A program made the translations under genes and the position numbers. Below are positions 1 through 9,814 of a stretch of 50,474 bases of DNA, in pieces. Positions within the stretch are counted from its first letter, which is position 1; each line of letters begins with the position of its first letter. This DNA comes from Candidatus Undinarchaeota archaeon (GTDB lineage Archaea; SpSt-1190; JASMDC01): the NCBI GenBank assembly GCA_964519305.1, contig CAZFHY010000021.1, positions 1 through 50,474 of the forward strand. Reading direction: 5' to 3'. The notes beneath the pieces were generated by a model. That model ran no database searches. It was not told the origin of the DNA and saw nothing but the letters and a program-made list of their open reading frames with translations.

Positions 1-170
1 TGGCAGTGCCCAAGCCGCCCAGCCCTCCGAAGCCTGTGGCAGTACCCAAACCGCCCAGCCCTCCCAGGCCTGTGGCTGTGCCCAAGCCGCCCAGCCCTCC
101 GAAGCCTGTGGCAGTACCCAAGCCACCCAAACCTGTGGCAGTACCCAAACCACCCTCATCCCCCAAACCC
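1..170 (+). repeat. 36-bp (12-aa) coding tandem repeat, about 4.5 copies
   Basis: Units beginning tggc(a/t)gt(g/a)cccaa start at 1, 37, 73, 109 (shortened to 27 bp) and 136. Confidence 0.85.
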
Positions 171-590
171 GTCACGGCACCCGAACCGGCCTCACCTCTC
201 AGTGGGATCAAACCGCCGGAACCTATTCATCTTCCAAAGCCAAAGGAGGCGCCAAAACCACCTGGGCCTACGAAGGATGAGATCGTGCCACCGCGAGCAC
301 CCAGCCCACCAAAGCCGATACCTCCCGCCACACCGCCTGAACCCAAGGTCGAGGAGGCGCCGAAGCCCACGATCCCGGGAGGCGTAACCATCCCAGGTGC
401 GGCCACGCCGAAACCTGTGGATGAGGTGAAGCCTCCGGTATCCGCTCCGAAGGTCGAGAGCTCTGTAAAGGCCGCCCCGTCACCCGTCGACGAGGAGTCC
501 AAACGGTCGCTCAACGATGAGCTCGGACACCTCCAGAAAGAGGTCAGGGAGATCCTCGATATCCTCGAGCGCATGGAACGCCTCACGTAG
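1..590 (+). CDS. Pro/Lys-rich low-complexity protein with C-terminal coiled coil (5' end probably outside window)
   Basis: Frame is open from the window start. Tandem PKPPSPPKPVAV repeats; ends in the amphipathic helix SLNDELGHLQKEVREILDILERMERLT; TAG at 588-590. Confidence 0.75.
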   Translation, partial: AVPKPPSPPKPVAVPKPPSPPRPVAVPKPPSPPKPVAVPKPPKPVAVPKPPSSPKPVTAPEPASPLSGIKPPEPIHLPKPKEAPKPPGPTKDEIVPPRAPSPPKPIPPATPPEPKVEEAPKPTIPGGVTIPGAATPKPVDEVKPPVSAPKVESSVKAAPSPVDEESKRSLNDELGHLQKEVREILDILERMERLT

Positions 591-608
591 TGTCGGGGGG
601 CCTGAAGC

Positions 609-1118
609 ATGCCTGGAAAGGCCACTGCTGGGCCAGGGAAGAAGGAAGAAGGATCGACGCTGGAACAGGCATTTCGACTATTCACACATACGGTCGGGAC
701 CGTCATTGCGGATATCGATGTCTCAATGGAGACAAGCGGTCCGAACGAGGCACGAGGGACGTTGACAGGCAGTCATGCCGGATTTCGTTTCGAAGCGGCC
801 TTTTTCCTCGAAGTGGGTGAAGAAGGGATGACCTCGGCCACCTATCGCGTGCCACATGCCCGTATCCAGTCTGTTCGACGGCTCCCTTTCGAGGAGGAGC
901 AGTTCAGGGAAGAGGTGGTCACCACTTTCAAGGCGGACAACACCCATGCCTCTCTGGGCGATTTCGCGAGCGACCGATTGTTCGTCCAATGGGATGGTTC
1001 ATACCCTGTCCTGGAACCGGTCCTGATCCAGCGGCTCAGGGATGGTCTGGAAGCTCTCGGGGAAATCAGTACCCGTCACACACCGCGGTGGGGAGAGCAG
1101 CACCGCGTGAGGTTCTAG
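609..1118 (+). CDS. hypothetical protein (169 aa)
   Basis: ATG 18 bp after the upstream stop; fills the gap to the convergent gene; globular composition; no motif recognised. Confidence 0.65.
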   Translation: MPGKATAGPGKKEEGSTLEQAFRLFTHTVGTVIADIDVSMETSGPNEARGTLTGSHAGFRFEAAFFLEVGEEGMTSATYRVPHARIQSVRRLPFEEEQFREEVVTTFKADNTHASLGDFASDRLFVQWDGSYPVLEPVLIQRLRDGLEALGEISTRHTPRWGEQHRVRF

Positions 1119-1121
1119 TTG

Positions 1122-2612
1122 TCAGGTGTGGACGCCTGTTCCCTTGATCTGAGGGCGTTCCCGATCCACCCAATCACTGAACAGTTCCGAGAGCACCTGC
1201 ACATCACGGAGGATTCGCCCTGCGTCCAGTGTCTTGAACTGGCCATCCTCCAGGAGGACCTGTCCCCCGGAGACCACGTAACGCGCCTCCGAACCGTCAG
1301 CGGCCCAGATGATGTTCTCCATGACGTTGTCCCGACGTGTCGGTATTAGATTAGGACGCTCCAGAGATAGAACGACCAGATCGGCATCGCGTCCGGGTTC
1401 CAGACGGCCGGCGTTCAGTCCCAGCACCTTGGCGGGTTCGATGGTAATGAGCTCCAGGCACCGTTGGGCCGGTAGGAGGGATGCGTCCTTGTTGAATGCC
1501 TTCTGGAACTGGCTGGCGAGCTTGGCAGCGATGATGATGTTCTGATTGTCCGCTGAGCCGGATCCGTCTGTAGAAACAGCCACAGGTATACCCATGTCAA
1601 GCATCCGGATCAGGGGCGGCATCCCCGAGCCAAGGATGGTGTTTGCGAGAGGATTGTGCACGACCTTGGCGCTCCGATCCTTGAGGAGCTTGAGGTCGTT
1701 GTCGGTGCAGTTCACCTGATGAGCGAGGATAGTATCGGCGTCGAGCACACCGATGGAGTCCGCGTACTCGACAGGGGTCATCCCGTATGTGTCCCTGAAC
1801 CACTTGGTAGTACCGGGCTCTTCCGAGGAATGGATGTGCAGGAACGTCCCGTTTCGGCGGGCCCAGTCCTTGAGGGCCTTGAGGAGCTCGGGCCCGTTCG
1901 AGAAGAACTGGTCGGGTCCGGGGACGATCGTCGTGCGTGGTGAATCCTTGACGAGCTTGAGTGCCGAGTCCAGGCGCTCCACCGCCTCCTCGGGTGTGTC
2001 CAGTATGCGCTCATCGTAGTGACGGTCCTGGCTCCCGACAGCTATGATCATGCGCGTGCCTGCCGACCTGTTCGCCTCAACTATCTCGGCAACATGGTAC
2101 TTGTTGAAGTTGCAGTGGTGGACCATGCATGATGTTATCCCATAGCTGATGTCGTCGACACGGGCTTTAAGGTAGGTCACCAGATGTGGTGAGCGGCCGA
2201 AGCGTTCGGACAGGTCGTCCGCACGCTCATTGAGGAAGCCTGTGAACAGGTTCACAGCATTATCAAGCCATGTCGTCAATGGCACGTCCTTTGCGATCCC
2301 GATAAGGGGTGACTCATGATCGTGACCATGTGCCTTGATGAACCCGGGGAGGATGACGCCGTTGAGCTGGACAAGGTCCTCGGTGGCCAGCGGACCGTCC
2401 TCGGAACTCTTCCCTCCAAGCACTTTGAGCGAGTGACCTACGTTCCTCAGGATGCGCTCACCAATCTTGAAGGAGTATGCGCCCACCTCCTGTACGGTCC
2501 CACTGGCCGTGAGAACGTAACCGTCAGCGATGCGCGTTGCGGTCCCTTCCTCTCCGGCCATGGGGAGGAGGAATCGGGCACGAGCGAAGAGATGGTCGGG
2601 AGTCATGGTCAA
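1122..2612 (-). CDS. amidohydrolase family metalloenzyme (MtaD/Atz/Trz-like deaminase)
   Basis: ILPGFIKAHGH (HxH), LHIHSSEE, LAHQV, HNPLAN, STDGSGS, GRLEPGRDADLVVL. Confidence 0.9.
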   Translation of the reverse strand: MTMTPDHLFARARFLLPMAGEEGTATRIADGYVLTASGTVQEVGAYSFKIGERILRNVGHSLKVLGGKSSEDGPLATEDLVQLNGVILPGFIKAHGHDHESPLIGIAKDVPLTTWLDNAVNLFTGFLNERADDLSERFGRSPHLVTYLKARVDDISYGITSCMVHHCNFNKYHVAEIVEANRSAGTRMIIAVGSQDRHYDERILDTPEEAVERLDSALKLVKDSPRTTIVPGPDQFFSNGPELLKALKDWARRNGTFLHIHSSEEPGTTKWFRDTYGMTPVEYADSIGVLDADTILAHQVNCTDNDLKLLKDRSAKVVHNPLANTILGSGMPPLIRMLDMGIPVAVSTDGSGSADNQNIIIAAKLASQFQKAFNKDASLLPAQRCLELITIEPAKVLGLNAGRLEPGRDADLVVLSLERPNLIPTRRDNVMENIIWAADGSEARYVVSGGQVLLEDGQFKTLDAGRILRDVQVLSELFSDWVDRERPQIKGTGVHT

Positions 2613-2721
2613 TCCTTCTTCAGAGAGCGGAGGAAGGCTTATATCTTCTTGGGCGAGGTCGCCGTGACCCCGGGGAAAACTCTATAAAGCGCCTGACCCC
2701 GCAGGAACGATCGACGCAGCC

Positions 2722-3156
2722 ATGGTCTACGGTATTTCTGATGTGGGCGCGGCGTACAGCATCCTTGGGTTGGAGGAGGGCGCCACCCGGTACGAGGTGA
2801 CAAGCGTGTTCCGCAGTATGGCCAAGGACCACCACCCCGACCACCATCAGGGCAGCCGTGAGCACGAGGAGCTCTTCAAAGAGGCTCTAGCCGCCCGTAA
2901 CTACCTGCGTGATCATGCAACTTTCGATGCCGAGGACGATGGTAGCAAGGAGTTCTACCTGCGCACGCGTAGTTACTTGGGCGAAGGTGACGTCGAGGAT
3001 GCCCCCAGTCCTTACAGCGAGATGGAAGAGCTTCATGAGGCTTTCATGAAAGAGGAGGAGCTCATGCGACAGGGTGGGAAGGTTATCCGGGCCTACAGGA
3101 CCGTCATGAACGGCGATCGTTTTCGGCCGGGCCAGTTCGCGAACGGCGTCGCGTGA
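2722..3156 (+). CDS. DnaJ (J-domain) protein
   Basis: AYSILGL...FRSMAKDHHPD...LAARNYL; upstream BRE/TATA GAAAACTCTATAAAG at about 2676-2690. Confidence 0.8.
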   Translation: MVYGISDVGAAYSILGLEEGATRYEVTSVFRSMAKDHHPDHHQGSREHEELFKEALAARNYLRDHATFDAEDDGSKEFYLRTRSYLGEGDVEDAPSPYSEMEELHEAFMKEEELMRQGGKVIRAYRTVMNGDRFRPGQFANGVA

Positions 3157-3212
3157 GAGCTATCGCTCACGATTGGTTCGTGGACAGAACGCCCGTGTGA
3201 TTCACGGTTCGT

Positions 3213-4052
3213 CTAAGCTTCTTCGGCCTCGATCTTCTTGATGATCTTCTCGGCATGCTCCAGGTGCTCCCAGGTATGCTCGAACAGGTCAGCAAGAGCC
3301 TTGGCGAAGAATGGCGAGTGGATCCAGATGCCGGTGTCGTAGGTGGGATGGATGGATATGTCCGGCATTATCATGAACATCACCTCTTCATGGTCGATGA
3401 TGTTGAACCTCGCCTTGATGTGGTCCATATGACGTAGACCGGCGAACTCGAGCAGGTACTTTGAAGCTGCAAGCCCGGGTCGCGTAATTGGAGCGGCGAT
3501 CTTGACCTTTACACCACGCTCAGCGGCACCCTTGATGACGGGAAGATGATATTCAGCGAGACGGCTGAGGCCCTCTTCGGTCGTGACGATGTCGATGGAC
3601 TTGATCGCGTCGTTCATCATCAGCTCAAGATGGTCGTGGATGTTGTAACGTCCTTTGAGCGATGACGACATCTCAGTGGGATCGAGCATCCGGATGCCCT
3701 CATTGTAGAGTGTACCGAGCTTGCCCATGAGTTCTGATCCATCGAGCTTCTCGAGAGAGGTGGCACGCTCTTCATAGTCCTTGTTGACACGCTTGCGGAT
3801 CCGCTCAACGATCTCAGAAGGATCGATAGCGAGGTACTTGATGGGCTTTCCCAGCTTCATGACCACGAAGCCTTTCTTCTCTAAAGTTTCGAGGACATCG
3901 TATGCACGCGATCGCGGTACACCGCCAAGTTCTGAGATCTCTCCGGCCGTGCAGATCCCCCTTGAAAGGAGGGCCGCCCACACCCTGGCCTCGTACAAAT
4001 TAAGTCCGAACTTGTCACGCATCTCCTCGAGCACATCATCATCAATGACCAT
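3213..4052 (-). CDS. TrmB family transcriptional regulator
   Basis: FGLNLYEARVWAALLSRG...GVPRSRAYDVLETLEKKGFV winged helix, plus C-terminal effector domain (RGVKVKI, ARFNIIDHEEVMF). Confidence 0.92.
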   Translation of the reverse strand: MVIDDDVLEEMRDKFGLNLYEARVWAALLSRGICTAGEISELGGVPRSRAYDVLETLEKKGFVVMKLGKPIKYLAIDPSEIVERIRKRVNKDYEERATSLEKLDGSELMGKLGTLYNEGIRMLDPTEMSSSLKGRYNIHDHLELMMNDAIKSIDIVTTEEGLSRLAEYHLPVIKGAAERGVKVKIAAPITRPGLAASKYLLEFAGLRHMDHIKARFNIIDHEEVMFMIMPDISIHPTYDTGIWIHSPFFAKALADLFEHTWEHLEHAEKIIKKIEAEEA

Positions 4053-4432
4053 ATCGTCACCACCAAGTTGTAAAGGGATGTGCCCTTGCGACGGGGACTA
4101 TCCTTTAAATATACTATCTTTTGCTCGAAAGAAGGGACCCGGGGCCCGGTAGCCACTTCGACCGACTAGTGTCTTGAGGACGTTTTACACCCCATTCGTA
4201 CAGACCGAGTTCGCTCAAGTGGACGGTGCCATATCCCCCTGAGCACGTGAGAACCGGTATGAGACCTGCCGTGACCACAGTGAGAATCGTGTCCATTTCC
4301 CATCCTTGTGAGATGTGATATGGCTCTAGACCCTAATTAGTCATATTCTGTTCCTGTCCTTACCCGGGTTTGACAATGGTTTTCACAGGTCCTCCAAGAG
4401 GAGTTTTAAAGGTTCACCCATCCCCTGCCACT

Positions 4433-4975
4433 ATGACCGCGCCTGACGACGAGGTATGCCTCGATGATGCAGTTCGTATCGTTGCCGAGCTCATGGCTAT
4501 ATCGGCCCGCACCGCACCTAAGACCATGGGGACGGACATCATCGAGATCAAGATCATCAAGGGGAAGTGCAAGGACAAGCTGGCTGCAGAGATGCGTCGG
4601 CTCGACCGCGAGGGGCGACATAACTATGAGCGTGACTCGAAAGGTGTTGAGGCCTCTCCTGCAGTGCTGCTGATCGGTTTGAAGTCCCACTCGGGAGTCG
4701 GGCTCAACTGCGGTGCGTGTGGTTTCGATTCCTGTGCCGGTTTCGATGGTGCCTCGACATCAGCCGATTTCAAGGGGCCGAACTGTATGCTACGTCTTCT
4801 TGACCTGGGTATCGCTCTGGGCAGCGCTGCAAAGACCGCGAGCATGCATAATGTCGACAATCGCCTCATGATACGGATCGGTGTCGCCGCACGCTCTGTC
4901 GGGCTGACGAAGACGAACGTCTGCTGCGGTATACCTCTGACCGCCACAGGGAAGAGCCCCTTCTTTGACCGGTAA
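4433..4975 (+). CDS. DUF2148 ferredoxin-like domain protein
   Basis: AELMAISARTAPKT, LNCGACGFDSC, GPNC, DLGIALGSAAKTASMHNVDNRLM, LTATGKSPFFDR. Start moved to ATG 4433, just downstream of the TTTTAAA box. Confidence 0.88.
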   Translation: MTAPDDEVCLDDAVRIVAELMAISARTAPKTMGTDIIEIKIIKGKCKDKLAAEMRRLDREGRHNYERDSKGVEASPAVLLIGLKSHSGVGLNCGACGFDSCAGFDGASTSADFKGPNCMLRLLDLGIALGSAAKTASMHNVDNRLMIRIGVAARSVGLTKTNVCCGIPLTATGKSPFFDR

Positions 4976-5203
4976 GGTCCTCGGGGAGTGGGCGGGCCCA
5001 TTTATCGGCATCCGGCCCAGGCATCGTGTTAGTATGTGCGAATTAGTCGCAGTTCTGTGGTAACAGGGATTAATAGCGGGAATAATGCCGAAAGACGTAT
5101 CATTTTCGGAGAAAAATACGAAAACCCTCACTTTTATTACGAATAATGTAAGTATATAAAGGATTAATGCACTTTCGGGCAACCACATACGGAGGCAATT
5201 CCG

Positions 5204-6562
5204 ATGACAGCCATCACCCCCAAGAACGTCCACAAGGTATTACGCAAGCACATGCTCGTCGACGGTTTCAACATGGTACTCGATATTCGTAAGAGCCATG
5301 GGAGCTGGATACACGACTCGAAGAGCGGAGAGGACTTCCTTGACTTCTTCTCATTCTTCGCATCAGCGCCTATCGGGTGCAATCATCCCCGACTGGCCAA
5401 CGATGAGTTCATCCGCAAGATCGGGGAGGTCGCTGTGAACAAGGTCACCAACTCGGACCTCTACACGACGGAAATGGCGGAGTTCGTTGATGCCTTCACA
5501 CGTGTCGCCATGCCCAAGTACATGAAGTACGTCTTCTTCGTGTCCGGAGGGGCGCTGGGTGTGGAGAACGCTTTGAAGGTCGCTATGGACTGGAAGGTGC
5601 GCACGAACTGGAGCAGGGGTCATAAGGAGAACGTAGGACGTCAGGTCATGCACTTCGCTCAGGCCTTCCACGGTCGCTCCGGCTACACACTCTCGCTCAC
5701 GAACACAGCAGATCCGAACAAGACGAAGTACTTCACGAAGTTCGACTGGCCTCGCATCGTAAATCCAAAGGTCACGTTCCCGGTAGAGGGCAAGAACCTC
5801 GAGCGGATCGAGGAGCTGGAGGACCTGGCCTACTCACAGATCAAGAAGGCCATCAAGGAGAATCCTGACGATATCAGTTCACTTATCATCGAGCCCATCC
5901 AGGGTGAAGGTGGGGACAACCACTTCCGTCCTGAGTTCCATCAGGAGCTGCGCCGTATCTGCACCGACGAGGACATATTCTTCATCGTGGACGAGGTCCA
6001 GTCCGGTCTCGGTCTGACCGGTAAGATGTGGGCCCACCAGCACTACGATGTCGAGCCGGATGCAATCGCTTTCGGGAAGAAGACCCAGGTATGCGGTTGT
6101 ATGGTCGGGAAGCGGGTGGACGAGATCGAGGACAACGTGTTCAAGGTATCATCACGTATCAACTCCACATGGGGCGGCAACATAGTCGACATGGTCCGTG
6201 CCCAGCGGTACCTCGAGGTCATCGAGGAGGAAAAGCTCGTGGAGAACGCGGCCCGCCAAGGTGAGCGATTGCTCGCGGCCCTAAGGGAGCTCGCTGCTGA
6301 GCATCCCGAGGGTATCACGAATGTCCGTGGGCGTGGTCTCATGTGTGCTTTCGACCTCCGCACGACAGGTGTCCGCAACGCTCTTCTGAAGGAGACCTAC
6401 AATAAACGGATCATGCTGCTCCCTGCGGGAGAGCGTTCGATCAGGTTCAGGCCTCCGCTGAATATCACATCGGAGGAGATCGAAGAGGGGATGGTGCGCT
6501 TACGTGCTGCCATCAAGGACTTTGAGCTCAATAACAAGTACCCCTCGCATCTGGGGTTATAG
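5204..6562 (+). CDS. lat: L-lysine 6-aminotransferase (class III PLP)
   Basis: LDFFSFFASAPIG, AFHGRSGYTLSLTNT, EPIQGEGGDNHF, DEVQSG, FGKKTQVCG, SRINSTWGGN; TATA GTATATAAA near 5152-5160. Confidence 0.9.
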   Translation: MTAITPKNVHKVLRKHMLVDGFNMVLDIRKSHGSWIHDSKSGEDFLDFFSFFASAPIGCNHPRLANDEFIRKIGEVAVNKVTNSDLYTTEMAEFVDAFTRVAMPKYMKYVFFVSGGALGVENALKVAMDWKVRTNWSRGHKENVGRQVMHFAQAFHGRSGYTLSLTNTADPNKTKYFTKFDWPRIVNPKVTFPVEGKNLERIEELEDLAYSQIKKAIKENPDDISSLIIEPIQGEGGDNHFRPEFHQELRRICTDEDIFFIVDEVQSGLGLTGKMWAHQHYDVEPDAIAFGKKTQVCGCMVGKRVDEIEDNVFKVSSRINSTWGGNIVDMVRAQRYLEVIEEEKLVENAARQGERLLAALRELAAEHPEGITNVRGRGLMCAFDLRTTGVRNALLKETYNKRIMLLPAGERSIRFRPPLNITSEEIEEGMVRLRAAIKDFELNNKYPSHLGL

Positions 6563-6564
6563 TA

Positions 6565-8949
6565 CTAGAGCGTCCTCGCTGCTCGGGCGGCCCGTTCGCG
6601 GGCAGGTCCATCCAGCGGCCCAGCGTCATCTACCAGACCGTAGAGCGTGGTAAGTAGCATTGCGAGCTTCCTGCGTTCGGGTACGTACACCGTTCGGAAA
6701 GAGAAACGAAGATGTGGGTCTAGGCCAGCATCTTCCAGTTCTGTCTCCATCTCGTGTGCCCGTGCCTCCGCGATCTCATGGGCAGCACCCAACGGTCCCT
6801 CGGGCGGCCCCTCGATGAGAACGACACCGTCCGCACCCAAAGAGTATGCGGCCATCACATGACGCAGCCCGATGCGGGCGGTACTTGGGACCTCGACGAT
6901 GCGTATGCCCGCGGGGTAGTCCATCCTGCTGGCACCGATATTATCGAGAGCTACTGCAGCAGCGCTCGATTCGGCCAATACCAACAGACGTGTACCTTCG
7001 ACCGGTATGGCCAGCATACCTCGGATACGGGCTAGGAGGACCTCTTCGTCCAGTCCGCCGAGGTCAAGGGCCCGTGTCGGGCACGCAGGTACGCAGGCTC
7101 CACATCCGGCGCACATGGGCGCCTCGATGACCACTCTTCTGTCCTTCAGTGAGAGCGCGCGCCACGGACACACCTCGATGCACGCACCGCAACCGTCACA
7201 TGCTTCGGCCCGGGAGAGGAACGCGGTCCCTGCGATGGGCTCGGCCTCACCTTCCAGGAACGCTCGTGCTCTAGCGGCAGCGGCCTCGGCGGTCGCGACT
7301 GAGCTCTGGACGTCCATGGGCCCGATAGCGGCGCCGCATGCCATGACGCCCTCGCGCCCTGTGCGCACAGGGTCCAGCTTGGGGTGACGCTCGAGTACGA
7401 AACCGTGTTCATCGAGCGGGACACCAAGGGAGGTCGCGAGAGGTGTGGTGGATGGATGGGGTATCATGGGCGGGCAGAGCACAACGAGGTCCGCTTCCAC
7501 TTCCATAGGCAGGGTCTCGCTCGTGTCCTCTACACGCACCATCAGACGATCACCGGTATCGATGACCTGACCGGGTTTTCCCCGAACGAAGATAACTCCC
7601 TCTTCCTGGGCGGCGCGATAGAATTCCTCGTACCGTTTCCCGGGGGCTCGCACATCGATGTGGAGTATCCACACCTCGGTCCCAGGGAAGGCCGAGCGGA
7701 CGATCCTTGCCTCCTTGATAGCGTACATGCAGCACACTCCCGAGCAATAGGGCTTGCCCTTGTTCATGTCACGGGAACCGGCGCAGAGCACGTACACAAT
7801 GCGCTTGATGGCCCCTCTATCGGATGGACGGACGAGGCGACCTGATGTTGGGCCTTCGATGTCCAACATGCGCTCCACGGTGATGGGGCCCACCACGTTC
7901 GGGTGGTCGCCCACGAGCCATTCACCATAGTCACTTAGATCGTACAGGTCATAGCCGCTGGCGAGGACGACCGCACCGACCTCGAGCTCATGGACACTGT
8001 CGCCGAGGGTGAGATCAACGGCGCCGCCGGGGCATGCCTCAACGCACGCACCGCACTTACTGCACGCCTCGTTGTCGATGAGGTATGTAGTGGGGACCGC
8101 TTGGAGGAAGGGGAGGTAGGCCGCTTTGCGTGAACCGAGCCCTTCCTGACGTGGATCGGGCACATCTACAGGACATACCTCTGCACAGCGTCCGCAGCGA
8201 ACGCAGCGCTCAGGATCAACAAAGCGGGACCGTTCCCGGACACGAACGAGGTAAGAGCCCGGGCCTCCTTTCACGCTGATCACTTCAGCAGGGGCGAGCA
8301 CGCGGACGTTCTCCTCGTCACGTACCTCTGCCATGAGAGGTGTCAGGATGCATTGTGAACAGTCGAGGGTCGGGAACACCTTGGAGTAGAGCGAGAGGTG
8401 ACCGCCCAGTGAGGGTTCGCGCTCAACAAGGACCACATGGGTCCCTGCCCGGGCCAGTCTGAGGGCTGCAGTGATGCCCGCGATCCCGCCCCCAACGACG
8501 AGCACTTCCTGTGTCACCGGGATGGGCGAACGTGGGCGTGACCTCGCTTCTCGGACGCCTTCGACAGCAGCACGCACCGTGTCGCGGGCGGCCGCGGTGG
8601 CTCCCTCGGGATCATCTTTATGGGCCCAAGAGCCTTGTTCACGTATGTTGGCTATGGCCACTAGGGATGGATCGAGCCCCGCTTCACTGAACCGACGTCG
8701 GAACGTCCCTCCATGGAGCCGTGGTGAGCAGCAGGCCAGAACCACCCTGTCCACCTCACCTTCCTCGATGGCCTTTGCGATCTCGTCCTGGGCGTCGGGC
8801 GAGCACAGGTATTCCTTGCATCGCCCACTGGCGACGTCCGGCCATCCTGTGGACTCCTTTGCAATACCGACAGTGTCCACGACATCGCCGATATTCCCGC
8901 CGCAGCGACATGTCCACACACCGATGCGCTTGGGTGGGCTCTCACTCAC
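6565..8949 (-). CDS. hdrA: heterodisulfide reductase subunit A with fused C-terminal MvhD-like domain
   Basis: CRCGGNI, CCSPRLH, NIREQ, GGGIAG, KVFPTLDCSQC, ferredoxin CxxCxxCxxxCP motifs, CAGSRD...YCSGVCC, HPKLDP. GTG start at 8949 overlaps the hdrB stop. Confidence 0.92.
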   Translation of the reverse strand: MSESPPKRIGVWTCRCGGNIGDVVDTVGIAKESTGWPDVASGRCKEYLCSPDAQDEIAKAIEEGEVDRVVLACCSPRLHGGTFRRRFSEAGLDPSLVAIANIREQGSWAHKDDPEGATAAARDTVRAAVEGVREARSRPRSPIPVTQEVLVVGGGIAGITAALRLARAGTHVVLVEREPSLGGHLSLYSKVFPTLDCSQCILTPLMAEVRDEENVRVLAPAEVISVKGGPGSYLVRVRERSRFVDPERCVRCGRCAEVCPVDVPDPRQEGLGSRKAAYLPFLQAVPTTYLIDNEACSKCGACVEACPGGAVDLTLGDSVHELEVGAVVLASGYDLYDLSDYGEWLVGDHPNVVGPITVERMLDIEGPTSGRLVRPSDRGAIKRIVYVLCAGSRDMNKGKPYCSGVCCMYAIKEARIVRSAFPGTEVWILHIDVRAPGKRYEEFYRAAQEEGVIFVRGKPGQVIDTGDRLMVRVEDTSETLPMEVEADLVVLCPPMIPHPSTTPLATSLGVPLDEHGFVLERHPKLDPVRTGREGVMACGAAIGPMDVQSSVATAEAAAARARAFLEGEAEPIAGTAFLSRAEACDGCGACIEVCPWRALSLKDRRVVIEAPMCAGCGACVPACPTRALDLGGLDEEVLLARIRGMLAIPVEGTRLLVLAESSAAAVALDNIGASRMDYPAGIRIVEVPSTARIGLRHVMAAYSLGADGVVLIEGPPEGPLGAAHEIAEARAHEMETELEDAGLDPHLRFSFRTVYVPERRKLAMLLTTLYGLVDDAGPLDGPARERAARAARTL

Positions 8950-9814
8950 GTCTTGGCACCCCCACTGTGAGCGGTGGTCCCTCGAGCCCAAGACGGTCGC
9001 GGTCCAGTCCCACGGCGAGGCCGACGAGCTGGGCTACGTGGAGAACTGGGATTGATATATCGAGATCATGGGACTCTTGCAGTTCCTTCTGTCCTCTGAC
9101 CAGCTGGAGATGGCAGAACGAACAAGGATTGACGATGAAATCAGCCCCGGCATCATATGCGGAACGCAGTTTGGAAGCGGAGATGCGTAATGCTGTGCTC
9201 GGCCGCCCTGCACGCACACCGCCGCCCGAACCGCAGCAGGTATGGGCCTCGGACCATGGAACGGGTTCAGCGCCACAGGACCTGACGATATCGGTGAGGA
9301 TGGTGGGGCGCTCGCTCGAGCCATGGCCTCTGGTCCGTCGCGGTCTCAGGAAGTGGCACCCGTGATGTACAGCTACCTTGAGCCCTTCGAGGCCGGAGGA
9401 ATCCTTTTTGATGCGATCCAGACCGACCGCGTCATGCAGCGTCTCCACAAGATGGTAAACGTGTCCTGTTCCGCGGACCTCCCTCCCTACCTCTTCGAGC
9501 TTCTCGTTGACCTCGCGTCGAACATCCTCGTCGACGAGGAGGGTGGATGCCTCCTGCAGGGTGCCGTAACAACCGTTGCAGACCGTGGTGATATCTGCTT
9601 TCAGTTCCTCTGCAAGGGTGATGTTCCGGGCAGCTAGCGTGAGCCATGTGGTGAGGTCGAAAGAGCCGATCACGCCCGGAGCGGGGCAGCATGAGGCGCC
9701 CTTCATCTCCACCCATGGCACATCGAAATGATCGAGCACGAGCCGTGTGGATGAGACTATGCCTGGCATACGAAGGGGTGCGATGCAACCGAGGAAGAGG
9801 GCAAGAGGTCTCAA
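8942..9814 (-). CDS. hdrB: heterodisulfide reductase subunit B
   Basis: FLGCIAP, SCCPAPG, CNGCYGTL, HHGCHFLRP, CCGSGGG, CSFCHLQ (two CCG domains). Confidence 0.92.
   Translation of the reverse strand: MRPLALFLGCIAPLRMPGIVSSTRLVLDHFDVPWVEMKGASCCPAPGVIGSFDLTTWLTLAARNITLAEELKADITTVCNGCYGTLQEASTLLVDEDVRREVNEKLEEVGREVRGTGHVYHLVETLHDAVGLDRIKKDSSGLEGLKVAVHHGCHFLRPRRTRGHGSSERPTILTDIVRSCGAEPVPWSEAHTCCGSGGGVRAGRPSTALRISASKLRSAYDAGADFIVNPCSFCHLQLVRGQKELQESHDLDISIPVLHVAQLVGLAVGLDRDRLGLEGPPLTVGVPRRE

Noticed and set aside
1-170. 36-bp repeats as a CRISPR array
   Set aside because: Contiguous tandem units without spacers; variation is mostly at synonymous positions; coding.
4114-4296. 60-aa minus-strand ORF upstream of the TrmB gene
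   Set aside because: No motif, and it ends within the TrmB promoter; it cannot be supported, though not strictly excluded.
5097-5120. Imperfect inverted repeat upstream of lat as an Lrp/LysM operator
   Set aside because: Too degenerate within an AT-rich region, and no such regulator lies in the window.
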